A stretch of 64,000 nt of DNA. It comes from Octopus sinensis (lineage: Eukaryota). The notes beneath the pieces were generated by a model that made no database searches, was not told the origin of the DNA, and saw only the letters and a program-made list of their open reading frames with translations. Below, one piece after another: positions 36,653-51,042 of the stretch (within the stretch, counting starts at the first letter, position 1; each line of letters opens with the position of its first letter). The position numbers and the translations under genes were made by a program. The stretch spans positions 124,001 through 188,000 of the forward strand of contig NW_021836149.1 in NCBI RefSeq assembly GCF_006345805.1, given 5' to 3'.

Positions 36653-36911
36653 GTTAATTACATTTTTAAATGTAATGCTTATTTATTCACATCGTTTTGA
36701 ATTAATCACACACTTTCTTGTAGTTTTGAGATTTAAAGGATATGATTACTTATATTTAGAATAACATAAAACTGGTTGAATATTTGGATCCGATGTGGCT
36801 GGCTTAAATTCTAAAGAATTAAGAACTATCATCGAACAATTAGAAATATGCATGCACACACACACTTACACAAACATGGATGTACTAATATATAAATACA
36901 TGTATGTGTGT

Positions 36912-37297
36912 GTGTGGAGGCGCAATGGCCCAGTGGTTAGGGCAGCAGACTTGCGGTCATAGGATCACGGTTTTGATTCCCAGACCGGGCATTGTGAGTG
37001 TTTATTGAGCGAAAACACCTAAAGCTCCACGAGGCTCTGGCAGGGGATGGTGGTGATCCCTGCTGTACTCTTTCACCACAACTTTCTCTCACACTTTCTT
37101 CCTCTTTCTGTTGTACCTGTATTTCAAAGGGCCGGCCTTGTCATTCTCTGTGTCACGCTGAATATCCCGAGAACTACGTTAAGGGTGCATGTGTCTGTGG
37201 AGTGCTCAGCCACTTACACGTTAATTTCACGAGCAGGCTGTTCCATTGATATCGGATCACCCGGAACCCTCGTCGTCATAACCGACGGAGTGCTTCC
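36912..37297 (+). mobile_element. tRNA-derived SINE family D
   Basis: Head GGAGGCGCAATGGCCCAGTGGTTAGGG shared with family C, distinct 3' end ..ATAACCGACGGAGTGCTTCCA; reverse relative at 53125-53450. Confidence 0.8.
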
Positions 37298-37529
37298 ATC
37301 CATGTGTGTGTATTTGTATGCATATGTGTCTGTGGCGGGGTTTAAAATGTTTGAGTGTATGTGTGTATGTGTTTGATTGTAAAAATTTTTCCCTCTTCAA
37401 GCTGGTTCTAGTGAAATATAATCTTTTGAAAGTATAAAATTTGCTTTTGAAGTTAAGTAAATTTGATTTTTGAACATTCAGAGATGTAAGTTGTTGCTGA
37501 TTAAACTTAGATCAAACTTGATTGAAGAG

Positions 37530-37720
37530 ACTTATGATCAAAGACAGCTATGGCAACCCCCTCTTTATTACAGACAAGAGAAAAAGAAGGAGAAACAAGG
37601 ATACTATGACCAACTGTGGCCAGTCCATCTTCCCATGTGGTCTTTGTAGTAGAACCTTCTTGACCCAAATTGTACTCAGTGGGTATTAGCAAGCCTACAA
37701 TAGACATTCTGCTCCTTAAA
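37530..37720 (+). pseudogene. Decayed RTE-like LINE 3' end (terminal zinc-finger region)
   Basis: DKRKRRRNKD..FPCGLCSRTFLTQIVLSGY*QAY resembles the RTE C-terminal KR.RRK..CxxC..F.S.IGL.SH motif. Confidence 0.45.
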
Positions 37721-37879
37721 AATTCTTTTGTGAATGGTATAGAGTGTGGAGTATTTGACCATTGATGATGGTGAGAAAAATCAATAGCAGCTGTGGCAGT
37801 TATGAAGATAAAATGCATTTCCTGCCACAAACCACACCATGGTAAAATAACAGGGAACCTGCTCCCAGGCAAACATTAA

Positions 37880-38099
37880 CCCTTTCGTTACTGTATTTAT
37901 TTTGAGAGGCTCAGTGTTTTTTTCAATTACTTTAAATATAACAAAGAATTTAGTAAAATATCTTAGTTATCATTCAGCTAGTGTTAGGAACATAAATCGT
38001 GACTAAGGTTTGGTAGAAGATCTTAATTCAAAACTTGTGAAAATAAGACATTTGTACACAGAGCCAGAGCCAGTTTTAGCCGGGTTAATAACGAAAGGG
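37880..38099. mobile_element. piggyBac-type MITE (220 bp) with TTAA TSD
   Basis: TTAA|CCCTTTCGTTA...TAACGAAAGGG|TTAA. Confidence 0.92.
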
Positions 38100-38334
38100 T
38101 TAAGGCAAGCAAAGTTATTAAACAGTGCCTAAAACAAAGTTTGAACATAGTTTGTGAGATGAGTAGTCCAGAATTGTAATTCACAGCACTTTCTCCATTC
38201 CCATTTTCTCATTTTGTAGGAAACATCCATCCATCCATTTCTCTCTCCACTATTCCTGAAAAGGTTGTTATATTAGAGTTCACAAGCATCTACTCCTTCG
38301 GGTTTTGTCGAAAGCCAACATTATTACACTTTCT

Positions 38335-38585
38335 TCCTAGATTCCCAAGCACAATCAGCTGAAACTAGGGATATTATGCAAACGTCTCATTCTTGGTCTG
38401 TTACCAGGTCTTTTGTCAGTTAGCATAGCTGGAAGAATCCATCTTGCAGTTGTTTCCTCTAGCATTCTAGTTACATATTCATAGCACTGGAGTTGTGACC
38501 TTCCAATGTAGATCAATAGTAGTTCAACATGGAGAGATTCCCTGATCTCCAAGTTAATCATTTCAAAGATCTTCGGAAGCATCAA
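38335..38585 (-). pseudogene. RTE-clade LINE 3' fragment
   Basis: IRESLHVELLLIYIGRSQLQCYEYVTRM..ARWIL..KRPGNRPRMRRLHNI, cf. the RTE motif RLRW.GHV.RM..GRPR.RW.D. Confidence 0.7.
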
Positions 38586-39667
38586 TCATTGATATTAGAT
38601 ATCCTCTATCTGAAATCATATGAAATTACATTTGAGTGTATGATAATTATACTTAAGAAAATAAATATAATATTTTCAACTTAATCCTACAAATATTCTT
38701 TGAAAGACAGGTTCAGTTTCATTCAATCATTATTATAAAGAAGTTTAACATTTTTGTCACTTTTTCCCCTTAATAATGTTGATACTGATTATTTCAGAAT
38801 TGTTCAACTAAATATATTTTGTAATCTTGAAACATAAATGTCAAAAGAAGTTACAATTACTTAATATCTGTACATTTTTTTTCTTTAGACAAACAAATTT
38901 ATTTCACATTCATGTGTACACATAAATATCAACTTAAAATAGAATGACAGAGCTATGTAAAGAAAATAATGTTAATCTAGATCTGTCTTGGCATTTTAAT
39001 TATTCACATATTTTATATTTTCTGATCCAATCTATGATGCTAGAAATATCTTCTTTTTAATAGTCATAAAAATTCTTATGTAAAGTAAGAAATTGAGGTA
39101 TTTGCTACTTTATTGAAAGAACAAAACTTTTCTATTTCTATACGAAAGACAGGCAAGAAAGTATAGTCAAGGTGTATGATACTGCATACTACAGAGAATA
39201 CTGAAAGTATTTGATACAAATTTGTATGGAAACTAGTGCATGAGAGGAAAGTTGTGCCTCAAAGAAATCAACTGATATTATCATAATCATAATAACTTCC
39301 ACTTTTCTATGCTTATATGGATCAGACAAAGTTTGTTGAGGTGGATTTTCTACAGCCGGATGTCCTTCTTGTTGTTAACCCTCACCTGTTTCCAAGTAAG
39401 GGAATATTTCCTCTTGACTTAAGATTGGAAAGATTGGGAATAAGGGATACTGCTTGCATGATAGTGGCAGCTATTCCTCGATGTGAAAACAAGGAGCCAA
39501 TAAGACATGCACACACATATATGTATATAGATATGTATGTATTTATATATCATCATCATCATCGTCATCATCATCATTTAAAATGTTTCTCATGCTGGTA
39601 TGAGTTAGAAACTTTGACCAGAAGTGATAACTGGAGAGCAGTACCAGGTTCCAGTCATCTGTTTTCA

Positions 39668-39719
<52 letters not shown>

Positions 39720-39777
39720 GGTGCCCCAGCATGGCCACAGCTTGTGAGCTGAAACTAAATAAAATAAAAAATAAATA

Positions 39778-40160
39778 CAGGGTGCGGTGAATAAACTCTT
39801 ATCTAAATTACACAAAAATGAAAATAACACTGACATCTCATTTTAACAGATGTATTTACCAACATTACAAAAATATATCTTGAAATACTAAACAGTAAAT
39901 TTATTCAATAAAATCCCCATTGGTTTCCACAACGTTCTCCAGATGACTTCAGAATCTCCTGCAACTCTTCTGGACAGTCTCCTTGTTTAAGTTGGTGAAT
40001 GCTGCCATAATCCTTGCCTTCAGTTCATCTTTGGTGTTACAAGGAATTTTGTTGGTCTCTCGCTCAACTGTGCCCCACACATAATAATCAAGGGGGTTGC
40101 AGTCTGGGGAGTTAGGTGGCCAGATGCTAGGGGAATGTGGTCACAGAAATTGTCTGCCTG
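39778..40160 (-). mobile_element. Tc1/mariner transposon 3' fragment with right TIR
   Basis: WPPNSPDCNP.DYYVWGTVERETNKIPCNTKDELKARIMAAF..NGDFIE* (stop 39901-39903); TA|CAGGGTGCGG terminus. Confidence 0.85.
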
Positions 40161-41459
40161 GGTCAGTGAGGAAGCAGCCTTTTTAATCGCACAACCATGT
40201 CTGCACCCATAAACCCTACAGACTGTTTGTGACGTCAGTACCTGAAAAGTCACTGAAATTCGATCTCACTGGGATCTCAGCTGGTATATAGCTAGGGTGT
40301 CTGTCTCTGAAGAGACTGAGTACATTGAAATTGTGTGATCTTGTAGCTCTGGCTCCCATAGCTGACGATTTTCATTTGCCAATGATATAAATAAATGTGA
40401 CTTTATGCCCCAGACATCCACATAAGATGTCCTCACAAGGTGGATACTGCAACATTTGGCATTTTACCAAAACACCGATGCCTAGCGAGATATAAAAACT
40501 AACTTTTGGTATTAATACTGCTTCTGTTGCTAATAAGAAAAGGTAGACAAGAACATTGAATAATGTGGTCCTAGGTTCGATGCATTTAGGAAATGGATAA
40601 GATGGTTATGGCTGGAATGCCTTTAACCATATATCTAATTTAGTAGAGCTGACATAGGGTTAAACAGCATTGACAAGAACAGTTTCTCTGAAGAGGAACA
40701 TATTGTAAACTGAGTGAGTGGATCCCAGAGTATTACAGGTATTTAATTTATTAACTGTAAATGATTGAAGTCAAACTTCAATTTGAATACAGAACTCAAA
40801 GATTTCAAATTATAGGAAGCATTTAGTTCAGTTTTTATCCTCTAGCTTTAAATCTTAGTAATAAAATTAGTTCTCAAAGATATCAAGTATCAGCTCTGGA
40901 AGGTTAAATTTGGTCTTTCATCTTGTCCATATAAACGAAATAAGTACGAATGATGTGATTAAAACTTTGTAAAGCAGCCAGAGGGATAACAATTTTTATC
41001 TGGAGAGTTTTGATGCCTGCCTTTGTGTTCAAAGGTTAATCATAACATTTTATTTCCAGTCTTGTCTAGGTGTTCTGAGTTTTCTGGATGACTCAGGAAA
41101 AAAATGTTGTCCACTGTGATTTTTCAAAAGCTATCGTTTTAAACATTGTCGTTTATAGCCTATCAACAGTTATCTGTGTAGTACATTCTTGTTGATAATA
41201 TATTGAAAGAAAACCATTAGGATTATAAGTGACTATAAAATGCCAATAACACAATATATAAATTACAAATACACAATCACACATACACAACTATAATATA
41301 TACAATAAATACATATATGGAATATTTGTGTATATTTACACATGTTAGTTTAGATATACACAACAATACACGTATTTAACTGAAGATTTACACATTTGTC
41401 CAGTTTTGTATCTGCTATTCTAACTTCAGTCTCACAAATTGCATTAAGTAATTCAGTTT

Positions 41460-41618
41460 ATATATATATATGTATATGTATGTATGTATATGTATGTATG
41501 TATATGTATGTATGTATATGTATGTATGTATATGTACGTATGTATGTGTATGTATGTATGTATATGTATGTGTGTGTGTATGTATGTATATGTATGTATG
41601 TATATGTATGTATGTATG

Positions 41619-41658
<40 letters not shown>

Positions 41659-41733
41659 TGTATGTATATATATATATGTATGTATATATATATGTATGTA
41701 TATATATATGTATGTATATATATATGTATGTAT

Positions 41734-41764
<31 letters not shown>

Positions 41765-41873
41765 TGTATATACGTATGTATGTATGTATGTATGTATATA
41801 TATGTATGTATATATGTATGTATATATGTATGTATGTATATATGTATGTATGTATATATGTATGTATGTATGT

Positions 41874-41907
<34 letters not shown>

Positions 41908-41942
41908 GTATATGTATGTATGTATATATATGTATGTATGTA

Positions 41943-41973
<31 letters not shown>

Positions 41974-42220
41974 ATGTATGTGTATATATGTATGTATGTA
42001 TGTGTATGTATGTATGTATGTGTATATATATATATGTATGTATGTATATATATGTATGTAATATGTATGTATGTATGTGTATATATATGTATGTAATATG
42101 TATGTATGTATGTGTATATATATATATGTATGTAATATGTATGTATGTATGTATATATATATATATGTATATATATATGTATGTAATATGTATGTATGTA
42201 TGTATATGTATGTATGTACA
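41460..42220. repeat. Large (TA)n/(TATG)n microsatellite array
   Basis: Direct reading, ~760 bp. Confidence 0.95.
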
Positions 42221-43101
42221 CAGCACTTTACTACAGATCTACTATACATTTTACATATCAAAAGTAAGTCCAGGCAAACTTGGTGATACAAAGATAAAAT
42301 TCTCTAAAACTCACCACAGAAAGTTATGCATAAGTTTATATCCACAAATTAGGATATGGCACATAATATAGACAAGAGAAGTCTTGTGACAAATATATTA
42401 CATTATAAGTTGAAACATATGGCTTTGCTGTCCAGTATCAGAAATAGTTGGTTAATGTAAAAGACAGAGACACCTCCAAGCCACAATAGTGCAATAGAAA
42501 ATGTTGGTTGTGTTAAGCTAGTGTAGAAGATATTACCAATATATTCAGCAGCTCAAACAATAATGAAGTATTCCCTTCCTATGAGGCATGATGTTAGCAA
42601 AAATAGTGCATAATAAAATTTGCAGAGAGACTTGTCCTGATGAATAGACCAAAAGCACTATTCATTGTGATTGCATTCACAAATTTAGTTACAGAGAATA
42701 TTGGTAAATCATTCAAATATAACACATCCACTGAGTGTAAAAAAAAAAAAAAAAAAGAAACCCAGCCCTGTTCAAACAACTGTCAAATCTCACATGATAT
42801 TGCAATTATATGGAAAAAGTGTTCATAAATAAAAAGAGTTGTAACTGAGCTCCCCAGAAACACTAAAGAAAATAATATTCTAAATGGCCGCAGAATTGTT
42901 GTAAAATATAACATAGCAAAGATCTGGAGAATAAATAAAGCACATATGAACAACACTCCATACATTAATATGTATCATTGCATTTACACTGATTCTTAAA
43001 AAAGAAAGGATACACTGGATATTGTGATCCTAGATACACTGTCTGAAAAACAACATAACACGACTATGAATGGAATGTTTTTGATCAGAGGTTGTCTTTG
43101 A

Positions 43102-43687
43102 TTGTGGTTGACTTAGGGCTACGAAACAATAACTGCAAAACATAATCCAACAGTGTTGGGAATTTTAAGCATTTGTTAAAGATGGCGAGCTGGCAGAAAT
43201 GTTAGCACACCGGGTGAAATGCTTAGTGGTATTTCATCTGTCTTTACGTTTTGAGTTCAAATTCTGCCAAGGTCGATTTTGCCTTTCATCCTTTCAGGGT
43301 CGATTAAATAAGTACCAGTTACGCACTGAGGTCGATATAATCAACTTAATCTGTTTGTCTGTCCTTGTTTGTCCTCTCTGTGTTTTGTCCCTTGTGGTTG
43401 ACTTAGGGCTATGAAACAATAACTACAAAACATAATCCAACAGTGTTGGGAATTTTAAGCATTTGTTAAAGACGGCGAGCTGACGGAAATGTTAGTGCAC
43501 CGGGTGAAATGCTTAGTGGTATTTCATCTGTCTTTACGTTCTGAGTTCAAATTCCGCCAAGGTCGATTTTGCCTTTCATCCTTTCAGGGTCGATTAAATA
43601 AGTACCAGTTATGCACTGGGGTCGATATAATTGACTTAATCTGTTTGTCTGTCCTTGTTTGTCCTCTCTGTGTTTTGTCCCTTGTGG
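43102..43687. repeat. 290-bp tandem duplication (flank + SINE-B) with TTGTGG junction microhomology
   Basis: TTGTGG at 43102, 43392 and 43682 (period 290). Confidence 0.92.
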
Positions 43688-45398
43688 GTAGTAAAGAAAT
43701 AGGTATTTTGTCTGCCTTTACGTTCTGAGTTCAAATTCCACCAAGGTCGATTTTGCCTTTCATCCTTTCAGGGTTGATAAATCAAGTGACAGTTGCATAC
43801 TGGGGTTAATCTAATTGACTGGCCCACTCCCCAATAATGTCGGGCCTTGTGTCTAGAGTAGAAAATAACTTTAAATATTTGTTATTTTGAGTCAATAACT
43901 GGACTTTTATGAACTTGGTAGAAATGCTAGAAACAGCAGCAAAATCTCCCTCAAATTATTCTAACCATTAAAAACAAAGGGTATGTTGGATGTTTTCAAT
44001 ACTGCCTGAAAAATATATCAGGTTTGTTTGATCAGAGTGTCTTTGACAAAACAGGTTTGAAATAAGTTTATGAATTTATTCAAATGTTCATATTCATGGT
44101 TACTGATGTAAATAATTCAAATAAACAGTTTTGACTGAATCTCAATTTCTGTCTAAATTGTACCATGAGAGGGGTATTTGGTGGCTGGAAATTGTTTCAA
44201 AGACCATTTTGTGTGTGTGTGTGTGTGTGTTTAAGGGAAAAAAAAAACACCTTTTATTTCAAACCCGTTATATTAAAGACACATTAGTCTTTTATATTTA
44301 GTTTGGAACAGTGGTATTTGGAAATCTATTAGTCCATTAATGCTTCAAGACATTCCCAATCGAATCCTCAGACTGATGGAATGGTAATAATATCCATTCA
44401 CATATTTTGCAGCAAATCATAAAAGATTATGAGAATACTCTTGTACCGCATAAAATAAACAGTGCTATATTTAAAAATTAGGCAACACTTAAGTGCTGGT
44501 AGATTCCAAAATAATTTTACTTGCAATGCATCAGATTGTTAACTCATAGTTTATATTCTACTATTATCATAACTTCTATAGTTATTCTTCTCATTCTATA
44601 TAATTCTATATAAAACACCATTCTGTCAACTTATTTTCTATTTAATTTTGTTTTGTAGCCATTTTTGTAATGAGTTACTATAGCCCTTTTTCATAAATGC
44701 AGGCCAGTCAATGAGAAAATATTACACTTGTGTATCTGATGTAAAAGTTTCACTCCTGAAGTTTAACAACTTACTTATATACATTAAAATTCATGTATTA
44801 CATTGGTTGCCTAAAGCATGCTCTGTGGTTTATTAGTCTGTGGTTTCATGTCATTGCAAATATTTTTCATTCTGGTGTTTTTGTAATATATTCTCTCACA
44901 CAAACTATAAGTTTGTAGTTAGGGTTAATACATATTGTATGCTAATAGCTTTACTAAATACTAATACTGCAGTTAAGTCTGTTGCATATTGTATTCTAAT
45001 AGCTTTACTAAACACTTTACAAAAACTTTACTAAAAGCAGAAATACGCGCCGGACATTAACAGCCAAATATATCACACATAGAATAAAATGTGAAATCTA
45101 TGAGGACTTAATCACTGTACAAAACTGGCTCTGGCAAGTTTGTTAGTTATAATAGTATTCTATGATCCTTTTAGAACCAAGTGGAAAGTAAGCAAACAAC
45201 ATGCTCTTATTACCATTACTTCATTCTGATATTGCAACAAGGACGATTTTGAAACTTTAATGAATTAATGGATTTAGGAACTCTATTGTTCCATACTAAA
45301 CATAAAGAGAAATGGATGGAATATGAAGAATCCTTAAAAAAAAGATCTAATTCAAATATAGTCATGATTTTAATATGACACACTAAAGCACATATATA

Positions 45399-46378
45399 CA
45401 GGGTGTGGTTGGTAAATTGTTGCTATTTATATTTTCAATTTTGCGCATGCACTGTGTTTGTTTTTGATTTTGATGACTACACAGTATAGTAGGATCAGTT
45501 GGGCACCATCAATGAGAAAAACTATACCATGATGCAATTTACTCTGCCAGAAATTTGAAAATGACATGCTATACTGCTTGGCATTCACATCAGAAGCTCC
45601 AATATTAACATTTCAGAGTATTTGAGTGTCAGTTTGATGACAGTGCAATTTGGGGACATGTACTGGGAGTGATAAAAATCAAACATCCAGTCAACAACAT
45701 GGTGTTTTGAGTGATCACTAGTGATGGTGACTTTATGCCTCCATTCGTCTTCCCACAAACTGAAATAAATACAGTGGTTGATGTTTTCAACTAAACTTTT
45801 GAATATCTGAAACCAGTAAAAAGAATATACCATAGAGAGAGGCTGTGATTTATGATACTAATACTACTTTTATAATACCAAATGTAACTTCAGTTTTAAT
45901 CTAGTATTCACCGAATAGATATTTATTGTATATAGATGCAGAAGGTTACATATTTATAAGGAAATGGAACTGTGTAATGGTCAGGTTTTGTCTGGCAACA
46001 GGACTCTGCACCATGCCACACAAGCAGGAGAAACCACTGATGGCTGGTTGACAATTTCTGCAACCACATCACCCCTAACTCCCCAGACTGCAACCCTCTT
46101 GATTATTATGTGTGAAGTGCAGTTGAGCACAAGACCAATAAAACTCCTTGTAACACCAAAGATGAACTGAAGACAAGGATTATGGCAGCATTCACCACCT
46201 TAAACAAGGAGACCCTCCAGAAGAGTTGCAGGAGATTCTGAAGTCATATGGAGGCCATGGTTGAAGGCAATAAGATATTTTTTTTGGTAATTTTGGTAAA
46301 TACATCTGTTATCATGAGATATCATTATTTATTTTCATTTTTCCTTAATATAGATGACAGTTTATTCCCCACACCCTG
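45399..46378 (+). mobile_element. Internally deleted Tc1/mariner element with both TIRs, TA TSD and a 233-bp foreign insert
   Basis: TA|CAGGGTGTGG...CCACACCCTG|TA; transposase remnants KHPV..VITSDGDFMPPFVFP and VWQQDSAPCH..PNSPDCNPLDYYV; same family as 39778. Confidence 0.9.
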
Positions 46379-46409
46379 TATGTGTAAGCATGTCTATGCA
46401 TGTATATAT

Positions 46410-46955
<546 letters not shown>

Positions 46956-48218
46956 TGCATGCATGAATATGCACATACATATATGTATCTGAATATGTGT
47001 ACCTATGTCTGCATTATGTAAAATAAAACAACAATGTTTTAAAAAGTTTGACCAGAGCTGTGAGAATAAGAGCCTTACTTAGCAATTCAATAAATATAGA
47101 TTGTTAAAGTAAGTATCAAACTGAAATAAATACAGTGGTTGATGTTTTCAACTAAACTTTTGAATATCTGAAACCAGTAAAAAGAATATACCATAGAGAG
47201 AGGCTGTGATTTATGATACTAATACTACTTTTATATTACCAAATGTAACTTCAGTTTTAATCTAGTATTCACCGAATAGATATTTATTGTACATAGATGC
47301 AGAAGGTTACATATTTATAAGGAAATGGAACTGTGTTATGGTCAGGTTTCTCACTGAGGGGCTTTGCAACATAAACAGAAAAAGTATAGCTACAACTGCA
47401 AATCAAACTGTCAGTAATTCTACTCACCAGGAGTTTACCTGTGTTCTTTATAGATGCCAATATAAATGACTAAATGTTATTAATTAACTTTATATTTAAT
47501 TTCTTTCATTGTTAGATCTTCACTCAGCTATATTGTTTGAGTTATATATAGAATTTTAGAAATAGCTTAATATGTCTCAAAGCACAAATTACGTGTAAAT
47601 ATACCAATAAATGAAAATCTCAATTGTATTATTAATATTGCTTCTCTTTGTTTTGATTTTGATAATATGGTTGAGTACTAAAAATATTGTATTCTATCCA
47701 CTTCACATATTTTCTTTGCAATTCTGCAATGATGCATAACTTTGTTTACAGACTATTTTCCCTAAAATTTCAGTCTGCTGTTTATGCTTAGCAAAGAACA
47801 ATGCACGTTAATAACAATCATCTTGTCTCCGATATTGATACGTTGGCCCCTGGTCGATTGATTGATCAATTCAGGATATGTTTCCGAGTTAGGAACATCA
47901 ATTAACTTATCTGCAGGATTTGTCTACATAGGTGGTATTTCAATTTGATTGAGTAATGGAAAGAGAAAAGAAAAAAGTATACACACCCTACAAGATTGAT
48001 CAATAACTATAGAACTATTCAACTAGCAGTTTAATGAACAATTTGCTAATATGGTGAACTAAAAGTTTCATATGTCCTCATTTGTTTAGAAAAAATATGG
48101 CACATCATTATCATATTTGGTGTGGAGACCAGTTCTTTGTGAACTACATTGTTCATCCAGTTTCAGTTCTTAACCAGAAGTTTCTGTTACCTTATGCTAT
48201 TAATATATATTGTGAAAT

Positions 48219-48631
48219 GCGGCGAGCTGGCTGAAATGTTAGCGTGCCGAGCAAAATGCTTAGCGGTATTTCGTCTGCCGTTACATTCTGAGTTCAAATT
48301 CCTCCGAGGTCGACATTGCCTTTCATCCTTTCGGGGTCGATTAAATAAGTACCAGTTATGCACTAGGGTCGATATAATTGACTTAATCTGTTTGTCTGTC
48401 CTTGTTTGTCCTTTCTGTGTTTAGCCCCTTGTGAGTAGTAAAGAAATAGGTATTTCGTCTGCGCGACATTCTGAGTTCAAATTCCACCAAGGTCGACTTT
48501 GCCTTTCATCCTTTCGGGGTCGATAAATAAAGTACCAGTTACGCACTGGGGTCGATGTCATCGACTTAATCCCTCTGCCTGTCCTTGTTTGTCCCCTCTA
48601 TGTTTAGCCCCTTGTGGGCAATAAAGAAATA
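48219..48631 (+). mobile_element. Dimeric SINE-B with 17-bp TSD
   Basis: AATATATATTGTGAAAT at 48202-48218 and 48632-48648 encloses one full and one 5'-short monomer. Confidence 0.88.
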
Positions 48632-49316
48632 AATATATATTGTGAAATCCTTGAACATCACAAATTCTCATTTATTCTTCCATAAAAATCTTCAGATCCA
48701 TGCCAATTTAAAAAAAAAACAATGGCTTTGAATTGCTTTTACATAATCTTAAAAAAAAAACCCCTATGCTATTATGATTTCAAACAAGTATTTAACCTGA
48801 GATAATGTTTAACTAATAACTAATGTTTCAGGAAAACAAGTAAATTTCTCTGAACATTAAAAAAGAAAAAAAAAGCTCATTTCAGAAAATATCATCTTCT
48901 TTCCTTTCCTGACTGATTTATATAGTGGTAGCTTGATAAGATCAACGTCTGTTGAACTGCATAATTCCACAGTATATTTAACTGTAGCCAAAATAAGAGA
49001 AATAATAGAGGTCAAACGGTGAACTGGATAAAATATTGGACTCAAAGAATCATGACTTTGAATATTCTACTGACATTATTTCATTGTTTTTCAGAACAGA
49101 ATACTATACACTAGATTGCTTTAATTTATCTGGTTATTGTAAATATGTATCAGGATTTTCAAATTTCTGCGGAATAGGAAACAGGACTCATTGTCCACCT
49201 TTTGAATCATGTATCTGAATATTTCATTAGCACCAGTACTGAGCTATTTGTGTGTGTGTGTCTGCACATTTATTGGTTAAATTAAATGTATGCAACATGA
49301 CTAAATAGTAAGAAGT

Positions 49317-49590
49317 TATTTCACGCTAAGAGTTGCTGGAGCATGGAACAAACTGCCAGCATCAGTTGTTAGTTGTCGGAGCACTGCGCCCTTCAAAACT
49401 TCCATGCTTCCTGAGATTCGCCAACACTACACCTGATTTTCTTCCCTACATACACACGCAAGCATGTATCTGACTCATACACCGTTCACTTCCCAGACAT
49501 TTGTACATTAATGCATATGCTTTGTATGCAGTTTCGACAAATTGTGGTACACCTGAGCACTATACATTAATTTCATTATTGTTATTATTA
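49317..49590 (+). pseudogene. CR1/L2-type LINE 3' end (ORF2 C-terminus + 3' UTR + (TTA)n-like tail)
   Basis: YFTLRVAGAWNKLPASVVSCRSTAPFKTSMLPEIRQHYT* (stop 49434-49436), cf. FF..RV...WN.LP..VV. Confidence 0.8.
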
Positions 49591-49899
49591 TAAGTTTGCT
49601 TCATAACCACGACTCAAGCCTCACATAGAAGTATGTCACATGAATTATACTTGTAATTTAAACGTTCAGCCTCATCATAGTGTATTGTGATGATTCCTTC
49701 AGAAAATCACATGAAATATACTTTTGTTTGGTGAACATTTGAGCATTTAGTAGAATGACACAACTGAGTTCTTATCATCAAGACTGTCCAAGATCCATTT
49801 AGATTATTACTTCACAAGTCCTCACTGATACACCAAGTTTCTATACTATAGATGTTTTTCAAACCAACTGATAAGAGATATGGTTTTCATTGAGTCTTT

Positions 49900-50268
49900 T
49901 ATATAAAAGCACCATTTGAGCATTACCAGCGTTGCCTTACTGGTACTTGTGCTGGTGGCACGAGAACAAAACATTCGAGCAAGGTCATTGCCAGTGCCGC
50001 TGGAGACACTCCTGTGCAGGTGGCACATAAAAAAAAACACCATTTCAAGCATGGCCGTTGCCAGTACTGCCAGACTGGCCCTCGTGCTAGTGGTATGTAA
50101 AAAGCACCCACTACACTCTCGGAGTGGTTGGCGTTAGGAAGGGCATCCAGCTGTAGAAACTCTGCCAGATCAGATTGGAACCTGGCACAGCCATCTGGTT
50201 CGCCAGTCCTCAGTCAAATTGTCCAACCCATGCTAGCATGGAAAGCGGATGTTAAATGATGATGATGA
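49900..50268 (+). mobile_element. Family E element
   Basis: Hairpin units plus GGCGTTAGGAAGGGCATCCAGCTGTAGAAAC core and (GAT)n tail. Confidence 0.85.
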
Positions 50269-50651
50269 TTTCCATGGTCATTGCTCTGGTGAACTTTATG
50301 GTCCAGTAACCCTTCTCAAAACCTTTAACTGTATCACTCACCTCTCTTCACAGGTGCAACATTACACTGTTGAGATTCCTGTTAGTCATATGTCTTTATA
50401 TTCTAATAGCTTCTCTTCCTGCCCTGCTACTTTCTAGAACTAACTACCATTGTCTTGATTCCCTCTGGTCTATGAAATTCAATCCCTTAAGAATTCTGTC
50501 TATCAATATCTTTTAAATTTATAGGTACCCATCTTTTTCTCCTCTGTAGTCCCTTTTTCAACATTGGCTAGATGTATACACTTTAAGATAGTGAAGTTTA
50601 TCCCTCCTTCTCAAAATCTTTACTTCTCAGAGCATTATATTCTATTAAATC

Positions 50652-51042
50652 ACTAGCAGTATCTCTTGGCGTTGCTTGGGTTTGTTTCAACCCTTTAGAA
50701 TTGGAATTTTTGGAAAGTAAAAATTTTGCATTATGTAGCTTATTCTCTTTAAGTGAACATTTTTCTGGTTGAAATACATCGAAAAATGGTGACACAGCAG
50801 TAAAAAAATCATAAAAAATAGGGATTTTCATAGGAAAAGAGCACCTTTTTGCTGTAAATAATTTTTGGTGTTAACACGGTCTGATTTGAATTTTTTCTTC
50901 TACGGAATTATGAGCAAGCCTTCTTCTATCATGCTTTCAATTTTGGTCAACTTGCACTGCAAGGTCTCGGAGGAGAGAGTATTAGTTGAAGGCTACAAAA
51001 CCTGCAATACACAAACAACTTCAGCCTTATATATAGAGAGAT
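50652..51042 (+). mobile_element. Helentron/HINE-like non-autonomous element, second subfamily
   Basis: 5' ACTAGCAGTATCTCTTGGCGTTGCTTGGG and 3' TTATATATAGAGAGAT|TT; interior unlike 14617-15000. Confidence 0.6.

Noticed and set aside
37507-37872. 121-aa minus-strand ORF
   Set aside because: Largely antisense to an RTE-like zinc-finger remnant, begins at a MITE edge, and has no recognisable domain.
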